A stretch of 64,000 nt of DNA from Candidatus Eiseniibacteriota bacterium (lineage in GTDB: Bacteria > Eisenbacteria > RBG-16-71-46 > CAVPCR01). This document shows positions 1 through 9,358 of this stretch, one piece after another. The stretch is from assembly GCA_963823555.1 (NCBI GenBank), contig CAWGMA010000001.1, positions 1,824,001 through 1,888,000 of the forward strand, given 5' to 3'. Under the pieces are notes generated by a model. That model was not told the origin of the DNA, did not search any database, and was given only the letters and a program-made list of their open reading frames with translations. Numbering within the stretch: the first letter of the stretch is position 1; every line of letters begins with the position of its first letter. Both the position numbers and the translations under genes were made by a program.

Positions 1-2
1 CG

Positions 3-2045
3 GGCCGGAGCGGATCCGGCAACCGGTGCGGCGGCGTGCCCGCCGCGGGCCGCGATCACCTCGACGAGTACGTTGTACAGCTCGGAAGAGCGCACCGGCT
101 TCATCAGGAGCGCGTCCGCTGGAGGCTGACCGCCGTCGGCATCCGCAGCCGGAAAGGCGGAGCTCAGGATCACGATCGGCATCCGCCCGAGCCTGGCGTC
201 CTTGCGCAGGACGCGTGCTACGGTCGCGCCGTCCATCTCGGGCATCACCATGTCGAGAATGACCACATCGAACGGTGTGTCCTCCTCGGCCCGCAGCCGC
301 TGAATGGCCCGCGGACCGTCGCCGGCGCGTTCCGCTTCCACGCCCCAGGCGGTCAGCTGCTCGATGAGGATCTCGGCATTGGTGGTGTTGTCATCGACGA
401 CGAGTATCCGGCGGCCGCGCATGTGGTCGGGCTGGCGGGCCGGCACCGCCTTGGGGGCCCGCTTGTCGAGCAACACGGTGAACCAGAAGGTCGACCCGGC
501 CCCGGGCCGGCTCTCGGCCCCCACCGTTCCCCCCATCATCTCGGCCAGCTGGCGTGAGATCGCGAGCCCCAGTCCCGTGCCGCCGAAGCGGCGCGTGGTC
601 GAGGCATCGGCCTGCATGAAGGGCTGGAAGAGCCTGGCCCGGACCTCGGGGGAGAGCCCGATGCCCGTATCCTGGACCTCGATCCGCACCAGCTCGGTCT
701 CCGCCGTCTCCCCGATCACGCAGGTCCGCACCGCGACCCCCCCCTCGTTGGTGAACTTGACGGCGTTCCCGACCAGATTGACGAGGATCTGCCGGACGCG
801 CATCTCGTCGCCGAACACGGTGGTATGGACATCGGCGGGGACCAGGGCAGCCAGATCGAGCCCCTTCTCCTGCGCCCGGGTGGCGAGCATCTGGCAGACG
901 TCCTCGATGAGCTCACGGAGATCGAACTCGATCGGGTTCAGCTCGAGCTTGCCGGCCTCGATCTTCGAGAAGTCGAGGACCTCATTGATGATCTCGAGCA
1001 GCGTCTCGGCGGACCGATAGGCGATGTCGGCAAAGCGCCGCTGCTGCAAGGTGAGATCGGTGCCGCGCATCAGATCCAGCATGCCGAGGACTCCATTCAT
1101 CGGAGTGCGGATCTCGTGGCTCATGTTGGCGAGGAACTGCGACTTGCCGCGGTTGGCCTCCTCGGCGGCATGCGCCAGCTCGACGGCGCGCTGGGTTGCG
1201 AGCTGGAGCTCGGCGGTCCGCTGCTCGACCTTCTCCTCCAGAGTGCGCTGGACCTCCTCCCGCGAGGCGCGCAGGCGGACGACCATCTCGCGGAAGGCGT
1301 TGCTCAGGGTCTCGACCTCGTCACCGGTCTGCACCTCAGGCGGCAGATCGAGACGCCCGTCGGCCACCGCGACCGTGGCCTGAGCGAGCGACTGGAGCGG
1401 AGCCGTGATGCGGCGGGTCAGATAAAAGGTGGCGGCGAGCAGAAAGGCGAGCAGGGTGAGCGAAGCCAGGATCACCGGGGCCATGGCCTGCAGCATCTGC
1501 TGCCGCGACGGCTCCCGCATGACGCCCATCTGAACCCAGCCCTCCGATCCCCCTGCGGCGTCCTTGCTCTGGGCTTCCGGGGCTGATCCACTCCGGGAGA
1601 TCTGTCCGGAGGACACCGAAACATCCAGCAATCGGCCGATCCGCTTCCCGCCTCGCACCTCTCGCAGCAGGGGCGCGGTCGCTGGCGGCCGCTCGGGCCG
1701 GGGCAGGAGCGTCCTCGCGACCTCCGAATGCGGATATCCCTCGAACAAGAGGGCGCCCGTTCGACTGAAGACACGAAAGTAGGCGACGTCCCCGCGGCTC
1801 TCGACGAGCTTGGCCGCCGGTTCAGGCAGTTCCCGACCGTGGACCGGCACGGCATTCTCGGTTGCCTGCGCGACCGCCAGCGCGAGCGCGACCCCCTCGC
1901 GTTCCAGGTTCTCATTGGTATGGCGGGATTCCCGAGAAATCAGCAGCATGCTGCAGCCGATGAGGGTCCCGACCACGGCGGCAAAGGTGAGCATGCCGAA
2001 CTTGGTCTCCAGACCCATCCACAGCCAGCGGCGCCGCGAACTCAT
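3..2045 (-). CDS. Membrane hybrid sensor histidine kinase (TM-periplasmic-TM-HAMP-HisKA-HATPase-REC), runs off the window edge
   Basis: Absent from the ORF track (no stop in the window). Manual translation: GGAGGAG RBS, then MSSRRRWLWMGLETKFGMLTFAAVVG; HAMP ITAPLQSLAQAT...GDEVETLSNAF; H-box KSQFLANMSHEIRTPMNGVLG; N-box ILVNLVGNAVKFT; G-boxes DTGIG and GGTGLGLAI; REC ILVVDDN...ILDMVMP. Confidence 0.93.
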   Translation of the reverse strand, partial: MSSRRRWLWMGLETKFGMLTFAAVVGTLIGCSMLLISRESRHTNENLEREGVALALAVAQATENAVPVHGRELPEPAAKLVESRGDVAYFRVFSRTGALLFEGYPHSEVARTLLPRPERPPATAPLLREVRGGKRIGRLLDVSVSSGQISRSGSAPEAQSKDAAGGSEGWVQMGVMREPSRQQMLQAMAPVILASLTLLAFLLAATFYLTRRITAPLQSLAQATVAVADGRLDLPPEVQTGDEVETLSNAFREMVVRLRASREEVQRTLEEKVEQRTAELQLATQRAVELAHAAEEANRGKSQFLANMSHEIRTPMNGVLGMLDLMRGTDLTLQQRRFADIAYRSAETLLEIINEVLDFSKIEAGKLELNPIEFDLRELIEDVCQMLATRAQEKGLDLAALVPADVHTTVFGDEMRVRQILVNLVGNAVKFTNEGGVAVRTCVIGETAETELVRIEVQDTGIGLSPEVRARLFQPFMQADASTTRRFGGTGLGLAISRQLAEMMGGTVGAESRPGAGSTFWFTVLLDKRAPKAVPARQPDHMRGRRILVVDDNTTNAEILIEQLTAWGVEAERAGDGPRAIQRLRAEEDTPFDVVILDMVMPEMDGATVARVLRKDARLGRMPIVILSSAFPAADADGGQPPADALLMKPVRSSELYNVLVEVIAARGGHAAAPVAGSAPA

Positions 2046-2225
2046 GACATCTCCTCCACCACGCTGCCGACATGGATCCCGTTTTCTGGCATCAGATCCG
2101 GAACGAGACATTGCGGACGACAGCTGGACATCGGATCGAGGCACTCCGGAATCGAGAGAGCAAGGACCCACGGCGGCATCAGCCGCCGCTCGACGCATGG
2201 CGACACGAAGGCCCCCACCGTCTAC

Positions 2226-2240
2226 TCAAGCGGCGTGCCA
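2226..2240 (-). promoter_or_regulatory. Possible sigma54 (-24/-12) promoter for the hybrid kinase
   Basis: Minus strand reads TGGCAC-GCCGC-TTGA versus consensus TGGCAC-N5-TTGC, ~180 nt upstream of the ATG. Confidence 0.4.
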
Positions 2241-2516
2241 TATCCCCACCGACAGGGGATGTCCTTTGGGCGACAACCGATGGCCTGGAGCCGGGCGATG
2301 TGGGCTGCAACAGCGAGCGTGCAGGATCGAACGACCGGGCCGTGAACCCGTGCACTTCGCACGACGGCGCTGCAGTTTTCGCCCTCGCCGGGCTGAACTC
2401 CTGCGTTTAGCCATCCAGCCAGGGGCAGCGGCAGCCGAGCCGGTGGCGTATAATGAATACGGACAAGGCGGCCGCCAACCGGTTCGATCCAGCGCTTCTT
2501 CGAGGAGACCCGCTCC

Positions 2517-4292
2517 ATGAGCTCGGGACCGCTCTCGCGTCGCCGTGGTTCGCTCTTCCTGGCCGCCCACCTGTTCCTGATCTCGGCCGCATGCTTCGCT
2601 TCCTTCGCCGGCGCTGAGCGCTCCGTGGATGGCGATGAGGAGCTGCTTCCGATCTGGGAGACGCCGGAAGAGCTTGCCGTCCGCCACCTCTTCCTGCCGC
2701 CTGAATCGTTCTCCGATCCACCGCCGACGCCTCCGATCCGCAATGTCGGCGAATTCGAGCCCTGCACCGGCGCCCTGATCCGGTATCCCCTCGGCATTCC
2801 CTACAGCGTGATCCACGAGATCACCGAGGACGTCACGCTCCACGTCATCGTCTCCAGCGCTTCGCAGCAGACGGCGATCAACAACTTCGTGGCCAATGGC
2901 GTCAACATGGCCCAGGTCGAGTGGGTCGTCGCCCCCAACAACTCGATCTGGACGCGAGACTACGGCCCCTGGTTCGTCTTCGATGGCACCGGCCAGCAGG
3001 TGATCCTCGATCACTACTACAATCGACCCACGCGCCCCAATGACAACGTGATACCCATCGTCCTCGGTCAGCTCTGGAACATCCCCGTCGTCACGCACGA
3101 CCTCTGGCATACCGGGGGCAACTACATGACCGAGGGCCACGGGCTCTCCTACTCGAGCGATCTCGTGTGGAACGAGAACCTGGGGATGACGCACGCCCAG
3201 ATCGCCCAGTTCATGTTCGACTACTACGGCGTGGACGCCTACAACGTGCTACCCGACATCTCGCCCTCCGGGATCCATCACATCGACACCTGGGGCAAGC
3301 TGCTCGACGAGGAGACGGTGCTCATGAAGCAGGTGGACCCGACCCACGCCGACTACGCGCGGATCGAGGCCAATGCCACCACCGTCGCCATGCTCACCAA
3401 CAAGTACGGGCGACCCTTCCGCGTGGTGCGGGTCTATTGCCCTCCCATCCCATCCGGGAACGTGGCCTCCTATACCAACTCCCTCATCCTCAACAACAAG
3501 GTGCTGGTGCCAACCTTCAACAGACCGGTCGAGGACGAGGCGGCGCTCCAGGTCTATCGCGACCACATGCCGGGCTACGAGGTCCTGGGCTTCACCTATT
3601 CCGGCTGGCTCACCGATGATGCGCTTCATTGCCGGGTGATGAACATCTTCGATCGCTACCTGCTGCGGGTCGACCACAACCCCGTGCAGGAAGCCGTCGC
3701 CGGTGTCGCGGTCCCCGTGAGCGTCTTCATCGACGACCGCAGCGAATCGGGCCTGGACATGGCGGGGACCGCGCTTCACTGGCGAACGAACGGGGAACCC
3801 GACTATCACCTGATCCAGCTCGTGGCCGAGCCCGAACCCGACTGGTACGTGGCCGAGATCCCGGCCCAGCCCGCCGGCACCCAGATCGAGTATTACGTGA
3901 CGGCGCTCGACCGGACGGGACGCTCCGCGGCACGGCCGCGGCCGGCGCCAGCTGCCGTCTATCGCTTCAGCGTCGAGGGACCGGCAGCGACCGATGCCGC
4001 GATCGCCACCCCCCTGGGCCTGGCCCTGGCCGCGCCGGCACCGAACCCGTTCAATCCATCCACCCGTGTCACCTTCTCGCTCCCCGAGGCTCTTGCCACG
4101 CGGCTCTCCGTCTTCGACGCCGCAGGGCGCGAGGTGGCGCGACTCATCGATCGCACGCTGCCGGCCGGCGAGCACTCGATCGAGTGGCAGGGGCGGATGA
4201 CCGGCGGCCGGGCGGCGCCGAGCGGGATCTACCTCCTCGTTCTCGAGGCGGGAGGTCACCGCCTCACCGCGCGGGCCGTGCTCCTCAAGTAG
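2517..4292 (+). CDS. Secreted agmatine/peptidylarginine deiminase (PAD_porph family) with C-terminal FlgD-Ig/T9SS-like domain
   Basis: Signal peptide; WTRDYGP, GGNYM, HIDTW, YTNSLILN, DALHC motifs; C-terminal PNPFNP...FDAAGR...SGIY. Confidence 0.88.
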   Translation: MSSGPLSRRRGSLFLAAHLFLISAACFASFAGAERSVDGDEELLPIWETPEELAVRHLFLPPESFSDPPPTPPIRNVGEFEPCTGALIRYPLGIPYSVIHEITEDVTLHVIVSSASQQTAINNFVANGVNMAQVEWVVAPNNSIWTRDYGPWFVFDGTGQQVILDHYYNRPTRPNDNVIPIVLGQLWNIPVVTHDLWHTGGNYMTEGHGLSYSSDLVWNENLGMTHAQIAQFMFDYYGVDAYNVLPDISPSGIHHIDTWGKLLDEETVLMKQVDPTHADYARIEANATTVAMLTNKYGRPFRVVRVYCPPIPSGNVASYTNSLILNNKVLVPTFNRPVEDEAALQVYRDHMPGYEVLGFTYSGWLTDDALHCRVMNIFDRYLLRVDHNPVQEAVAGVAVPVSVFIDDRSESGLDMAGTALHWRTNGEPDYHLIQLVAEPEPDWYVAEIPAQPAGTQIEYYVTALDRTGRSAARPRPAPAAVYRFSVEGPAATDAAIATPLGLALAAPAPNPFNPSTRVTFSLPEALATRLSVFDAAGREVARLIDRTLPAGEHSIEWQGRMTGGRAAPSGIYLLVLEAGGHRLTARAVLLK

Positions 4293-4394
4293 TCGCGATG
4301 GCGAGGCCGCTGCGGCCCGAGGATCGACGGCTGGAGGGCACGAGTTCGTGCCGAGGCGGTGATCCTCGACCCCGGCGCGTGGCAAGAGGCGCCG

Positions 4395-4430
4395 ACAAAC
4401 AAATGGAGGCCGGTGGTGACACCGGCCTCC
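4395..4430 (-). terminator. Intrinsic terminator downstream of tRNA-Gly
   Basis: Perfect 11-bp stem GGAGGCCGGTG/CACCGGCCTCC (4405-4430) followed by ATTTGTTTG on the minus strand. Confidence 0.75.
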
Positions 4431-4436
4431 TCAGGA

Positions 4437-4513
4437 TGGAGCGGAAGACGGGATTCGAACCCGCGACAACCACCTTGGCAAGGTGGGGCTCTACCAGACT
4501 GAGCTACTTCCGC
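4437..4513 (-). tRNA. tRNA-Gly (anticodon GCC)
   Basis: Minus strand GCGGAAGTAGCTCAGTCTGGTAGAGCCCCACCTTGCCAAGGTGGTTGTCGCGGGTTCGAATCCCGTCTTCCGCTCCA: cloverleaf, TTCGAAT T-loop, encoded CCA. Confidence 0.97.
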
Positions 4514-4528
4514 TCAAAATCGCCCCAG

Positions 4529-4558
4529 ACTCTAGCCGTGCTCCCCTGTCCTTGTCAA
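4529..4558 (-). promoter_or_regulatory. Sigma70 promoter of tRNA-Gly
   Basis: TTGACA-18 nt-TAGAGT immediately upstream of the tRNA. Confidence 0.7.
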
Positions 4559-4684
4559 CCCCTCCACCCGGGGCCGGATCGGCTGCACCGCTTCCGGATC
4601 CGCCCGGTTCCGTGAGACGGGCCCCTCCCCGGCACGTGGACATGGTCGGCGTCCATCGGTTAGCCTCTCCCCGGAGCCCAAGCC

Positions 4685-5878
4685 ATGCCACTCGTCGTTC
4701 ACAAATATGGCGGCACCTCGCTCGCCACTTCCTCCCGCATCCGTGACGTTGCCGCCCGCGTCGGTATGGAGAGACGCGCCGGCAATGATGTCGTGGTCGT
4801 CGTCTCCGCCATGGGCGATTCGACGGATCACCTGATGTCCCTGGCTACCGATATCTGCGAACATCCCGACCCGCGTGAGCTGGACATGCTCTTGACCACA
4901 GGCGAGCGCGTCTCGATGTCGCTCGTCGCCATGGCACTCAACGCGAGCGGGCTGCGTTCGATATCGCTCACCGGCTCCCAGTCTGGCATCATCACTGATG
5001 GCGTGCACACGCGGGCTCGCATCCTCGATATCAAGGGCGATCGAATCCGGGAAGGTCTCGCCGCCGGGCGTGTGGTCATCGTCGCCGGGTTCCAGGGCGT
5101 GAGCGCGGAGCGCGAGATCACAACACTCGGGCGCGGCGGATCGGACCTGACGGCGGTCGCTCTCGCCTCCCGCTTCGGCGCCATGCGCTGTGACATCTAC
5201 ACCGACGTCGATGGCATCTACACCGCCGACCCGGGACAGGTACCGACCGCACGGCGCGTCACAGCCATCGATCACGAAGCCATGATCGCGTATGCGGAGC
5301 TCGGAGCGGGCGTCCTTCACCCACGCGCGGCTCGCTGGGCGGCACGGCATCGGGTCCCGGTGGTCGTGCGTTCGAGCTTCATCCCCGGGCCGGGAACGGT
5401 GGTCGGCCCGGCCGGAGCGATGGCCCCGGGAAGCGAGCCGGGAGCCGCACCGGGTGTGATCGGGATCGGCTGTCGACGGCGTGTGGCCGCGATCGAATTC
5501 CGGCTGCCGGCGACCCGGCTCGCCGACGTCTTCGGCGACGAGGACGGGAGGCCGTTCCACCTCACGCTCGCGGTCGGCGGCGACACGTCGCTGGCGGTGA
5601 CCGATGCCGCCGACCTCGCCGAGGTGACGGCGCTGGCCGAGTCCGCCGGCATCGAGGCGCTGGCGCCGGTGACGGGCGATCTCCTCTCGGTCGTCCATGC
5701 CCCCGGGGCCAAGGTCACACCCACGATCGAGGAGCTGATTCTGGAGGCGTCACGAACGCGGCCCGCGCTCTTGCTCGGCGAGCGCGCGACTTCCGTCCTG
5801 GTCTCGGCCGAGCACACAACCGTGGGTCTGCTCGCTCTCCATCGCGCCCTGATCGAATCCCCGCTCGTTGCGGCCTAG
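4685..5878 (+). CDS. lysC: Aspartate kinase
   Basis: VHKYGGTS, VVSAMG, GFQG, TLGRGGSDLTA, YTDVDGIYTADP. Confidence 0.9.
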   Translation: MPLVVHKYGGTSLATSSRIRDVAARVGMERRAGNDVVVVVSAMGDSTDHLMSLATDICEHPDPRELDMLLTTGERVSMSLVAMALNASGLRSISLTGSQSGIITDGVHTRARILDIKGDRIREGLAAGRVVIVAGFQGVSAEREITTLGRGGSDLTAVALASRFGAMRCDIYTDVDGIYTADPGQVPTARRVTAIDHEAMIAYAELGAGVLHPRAARWAARHRVPVVVRSSFIPGPGTVVGPAGAMAPGSEPGAAPGVIGIGCRRRVAAIEFRLPATRLADVFGDEDGRPFHLTLAVGGDTSLAVTDAADLAEVTALAESAGIEALAPVTGDLLSVVHAPGAKVTPTIEELILEASRTRPALLLGERATSVLVSAEHTTVGLLALHRALIESPLVAA

Positions 5879-6762
5879 CGCTTCCTCCGGCCCCGCGGCG
5901 AGGTCACGGCTGTCGTGCGGGCACGAACCCGCTTGCGCTCGGCCCACGCGGCCCGCGCCGCGCGCACCACGGCTTCGACCCGCGCGCGCTCGATCGGAGC
6001 CCCGAGGTCGCCACCACGCTTGAGAGCGGTGCCGACGATGGCACCGTCGGCGAAGCAGAGCAGCTCACGGGCGCTATCGGGATCGACGCCGCTGCCGACG
6101 AGGAGCGGTACCTCGGGGCAAGCGCGTCGCACCGCTTCCACGTCGGCGGCAGCCGGCATCCTCCCAGTCGCTTCCCCCGTGACCACCAGGGCATCCGCTC
6201 CAGCCCGTTCCACGAGATCGCGGGCGCGATCAACGATCGTCACTCCCCACAGGGGGCGGCCGTGCTTGACGTCGACGTCGGCGAGAAGGGCGAGCTCCCG
6301 GGCACCCAGGCGGGCGCGATAGGCCAGCACGCGCTCCGCCTCGCCGGTCACGAGACCCTGGTCGGTGGCCACCACCCCGGCCAGGACATTGATCCGCACG
6401 AACGAGCCACCGGCCGCGCGGGCCACGGCGATCGCCGCTCGCGCGTCATTGCGTAGCACGTTGACTCCGAGCGGGAGCGAGACGCTCTCGCGCACTCCGA
6501 TCGCCAGCGCCGTGAGCATCGAAACGACGTGAGGGGCGACGCGGGCGGGTCTGAACGGAGCATCCCCGTAGTTCTCGATGAGAAGCGCATCGGCTCCCCC
6601 GGCCGCGGCGGCCCGAGCGTCCGCGATGACTCGCGCCGCGATGGCGTCGAGTTCCAGCCGGGATCGCGACGAACCGGGAAGCGCCGGCGCATGCAACATG
6701 GCGATCACGGCCGGATGCCGGCGAAGATCCCGGGCCAAGCTCTCTCGATGCGCTGCAACCAT
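5875..6762 (-). CDS. BtpA/SgcQ family TIM-barrel protein
   Basis: IAMLH..ALPGS, IENYGDAPF, GVNVLRND, ADVDVKH, VTGEATG, VGSGV. Confidence 0.88.
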   Translation of the reverse strand: MVAAHRESLARDLRRHPAVIAMLHAPALPGSSRSRLELDAIAARVIADARAAAAGGADALLIENYGDAPFRPARVAPHVVSMLTALAIGVRESVSLPLGVNVLRNDARAAIAVARAAGGSFVRINVLAGVVATDQGLVTGEAERVLAYRARLGARELALLADVDVKHGRPLWGVTIVDRARDLVERAGADALVVTGEATGRMPAAADVEAVRRACPEVPLLVGSGVDPDSARELLCFADGAIVGTALKRGGDLGAPIERARVEAVVRAARAAWAERKRVRARTTAVTSPRGRRKR

Positions 6763-6789
6763 CAGGAACTCCTCGAGGGTGAAGAAGAC

Positions 6790-8115
6790 TCAGCGGAGGC
6801 GCACCGGAGACGCGCGGCGCTCGGTCGATGAGCCGGGAGCGAGGTAGTTCATCTCGAGAACGAGGCCACCATCGGGCTCGACGGTGAAGACCGCGTACTG
6901 ATTGGCCTCGTTCTCCTCAGTCATCCGCTCCACCTGCCGGATTTCCCAGGACTCGAGTCCGTGGAACCCCTCCTCGGCGAGCCATTCGTTCTCTCTGCCG
7001 GCAATATCGCGCGGGCGCCGCGCCCCAGCACCCACCCACAGGAAGCTCGTGCGCGGTCGCCCGGACACGTTGATGACCGCGATCTCACGGCCGTCCTCGC
7101 GTCGCAGATGGAACCTCTCGTAAGTGTGCGTATGCCCGGTGAGAACCACATCCACACCGCCGTCGGCCAGAAGATCGACCAGCTGGCGGCCCTCGACCGT
7201 ACAATTCCACAGCTCCCTGGCCTGGCCGAAATGACGCTTAGAGGAGTGCAGCAACGGATGGTGCATGACGACCACGATGATCTGGCCATCTTCCTTCTCC
7301 TGACGTCCGACCGCAAGCTCCCGGGACAGCCATTCGAGCTGGGCAGCGGCGCGGCCGTCTGGCGGTGGCGGACAGGCACCGCCCTTGCCGTCCTCACCGT
7401 AGGCGAAATCGCTGGTATCGAGAAAGAGAAAGCGCATCCGGCCCACGTCCTTGCGATAGTACATGCGCTCGGTAGCGAACGCAGGATCGAGGTAGGAGAG
7501 GAAAGCCGCGGTGTTGGCTCGAGCCGCGAGGAACTCGTTGTCGTGCAGCTCATGGTTGCCGACCGCAACCAGGTACGGCAGGCCGCGAATGGGGGCCAGG
7601 ATGTCGCGCAGCATCACGAACTGGTCGGTCGGCTTGCCGTCATCGACGATGTCGCCGGTATCGATGACGAAGAGCAGGCGGTCATCGACCGCGGCGCGGG
7701 CCCCGACGGCGGCGACCAGATCCTGCCACTCGCCGTCGGCGAGCGCCCGCTGATCGCCGTAGGCGACGAAGCGAAACCCCGCCTCCGGGCCGGGATCGAG
7801 ACCAGCCAGGCGCGACTCGAGGTGTGGATGATCGAGCGCCGTCACGGGGTGCCGCGAGCTTCCCGGCCACGGCCCGCTCGTGTCCCAGGGCCAGGTGAAG
7901 GCCTGGACCGGGGCGGCCCCGCTGATCTCGCGGGCAACCAGGATGAGCAGGATGGCAACGACGAGTCCCGCCCGCGCGCGGCAGCGTCCCGAAGCGGTAC
8001 ACCTGCGGGGTGAGCGGCCATCGACCGTGCGGGGGATCTCACCCCACGCGCCGGCCACGGCAATCGGCTCTTTTTTTGCCGCCACCTTCGGTGTAGACTC
8101 TCCTGCGTGTTCCAT
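6790..8115 (-). CDS. Calcineurin-like metallophosphoesterase, probably exported (start uncertain)
   Basis: YGD, DTGDIV, GNHE, HHP, GHTHTYER motifs; hydrophobic signal-like segment. Confidence 0.82.
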   Translation of the reverse strand: MEHAGESTPKVAAKKEPIAVAGAWGEIPRTVDGRSPRRCTASGRCRARAGLVVAILLILVAREISGAAPVQAFTWPWDTSGPWPGSSRHPVTALDHPHLESRLAGLDPGPEAGFRFVAYGDQRALADGEWQDLVAAVGARAAVDDRLLFVIDTGDIVDDGKPTDQFVMLRDILAPIRGLPYLVAVGNHELHDNEFLAARANTAAFLSYLDPAFATERMYYRKDVGRMRFLFLDTSDFAYGEDGKGGACPPPPDGRAAAQLEWLSRELAVGRQEKEDGQIIVVVMHHPLLHSSKRHFGQARELWNCTVEGRQLVDLLADGGVDVVLTGHTHTYERFHLRREDGREIAVINVSGRPRTSFLWVGAGARRPRDIAGRENEWLAEEGFHGLESWEIRQVERMTEENEANQYAVFTVEPDGGLVLEMNYLAPGSSTERRASPVRLR

Positions 8116-8152
8116 TGAACACCGTCCCCCCGACGTCCAGGTCCCTGCATTC

Positions 8153-9304
8153 ATGGCTTCACCACTTTCGACCATTCTCTCGGGCATCACCCGACCCTAC
8201 CTGCGGACGGAGTTCTACGAGCGCATGCAGTGGCGGCTGCAGTCGCTGTCCCTCCGCACCGGGCTCAACCTCTCCAAGCCGACCTTCGTCTGCATCAAGC
8301 TCACGATGCAGTGCAATGCACGCTGCCTGCATTGCGACATCTACCGTCCCGAACATACGCCGCCGGACGAGCTCACGGCTGCCGAGTGGACGGTCGTTCT
8401 CGAACGGCTCCGGCGCTGGCTGGGGCCCGGAGCTCCGCTCTCGGTCACCGGCGGTGAGATCTTCCTGCGTCGCGACGCGTTCGATGTGCTCGAACGAGCT
8501 TCCGAGCTGGGTTTCGCCATTCACATGCTGACCAACGGCTGGCTCATCGATGATGAGCGCGCCACGCGGATCATGCGCTTGGCCCCGCGCATCGTACAGG
8601 TGTCCCTCGACGGCGCCAATCCCGAGATGCACGATTTTCTGCGCGGCCTCCCCGGGTTCGGCCGGCGCGCGGAGGCGGCGTTGGCGCGACTGGTTGCCGC
8701 GCGGGAGCAGACTGCCGCCAGGAGCCAGGTGGTCGTCTCGACGGTCATCTTCCGCCAGAACCTTGCCGAGCTGGCTGCGCTCGTGCGCAAGGTGAAAGCC
8801 CTCGGCGTCGACGAGATCAAGTTCCAACCCATCGAGCAGACCTACATGGAACCGGATGATCCCGACTGGATCGCCCGCAGCCCGCTCTGGGTCACGGATC
8901 CCGATGCCTCGGATCGCGCGCTCGATGAGCTCATCGCCATGAAGCGCGAGGGCTGGCCGATCCAGAACTCGATCGAGTATCTCGAGTTCATCAAGTTCTA
9001 CTTCCGCGATCCGGTCCGCGCCTACGAGAAGGGACGCAGCCACGACCAGCATTTCACGAGCCGGCAATGTCGCACCGCGGTCGCCGACTTCGACATGTCC
9101 TCGAACGGCGACGTGCGTCTCTGCTACAAGATGGATCCGATCGGCAACGTCCGCCACCAGGATCCCGAGGAGATCTGGAACCGCCGGCGGCGCTGCTGGA
9201 CCATGCCATGCCGCTTCCTCGAGGGAGCGGATGGCGGCACTGGTACCCACTCCGGGGACGAGCCCGCCGCCGAGAACTGGGTCGAGCTCAACCGCCGCGC
9301 CTAG
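8153..9304 (+). CDS. Radical SAM protein with C-terminal SPASM/Twitch-like domain
   Basis: CNARCLHC, TGGE, TNG, VSLDG; C-terminal C...GDVRLC. Confidence 0.88.
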   Translation: MASPLSTILSGITRPYLRTEFYERMQWRLQSLSLRTGLNLSKPTFVCIKLTMQCNARCLHCDIYRPEHTPPDELTAAEWTVVLERLRRWLGPGAPLSVTGGEIFLRRDAFDVLERASELGFAIHMLTNGWLIDDERATRIMRLAPRIVQVSLDGANPEMHDFLRGLPGFGRRAEAALARLVAAREQTAARSQVVVSTVIFRQNLAELAALVRKVKALGVDEIKFQPIEQTYMEPDDPDWIARSPLWVTDPDASDRALDELIAMKREGWPIQNSIEYLEFIKFYFRDPVRAYEKGRSHDQHFTSRQCRTAVADFDMSSNGDVRLCYKMDPIGNVRHQDPEEIWNRRRRCWTMPCRFLEGADGGTGTHSGDEPAAENWVELNRRA

Positions 9305-9358
9305 GCTGATCGGAGAGGCGCAGCATCCGGACCGGAACCACCGGGCAAGGAGGCCTCG

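Noticed and set aside
26..2520. Several plus-strand ORFs in the track
   Set aside because: Antisense shadows of the minus-strand histidine kinase
4293..4513. tRNA-Gly as an integration site
   Set aside because: No integrase and no duplicated tRNA 3' end seen in the window
4560..4684. Lysine riboswitch before lysC
   Set aside because: Region too short and no L-box motifs
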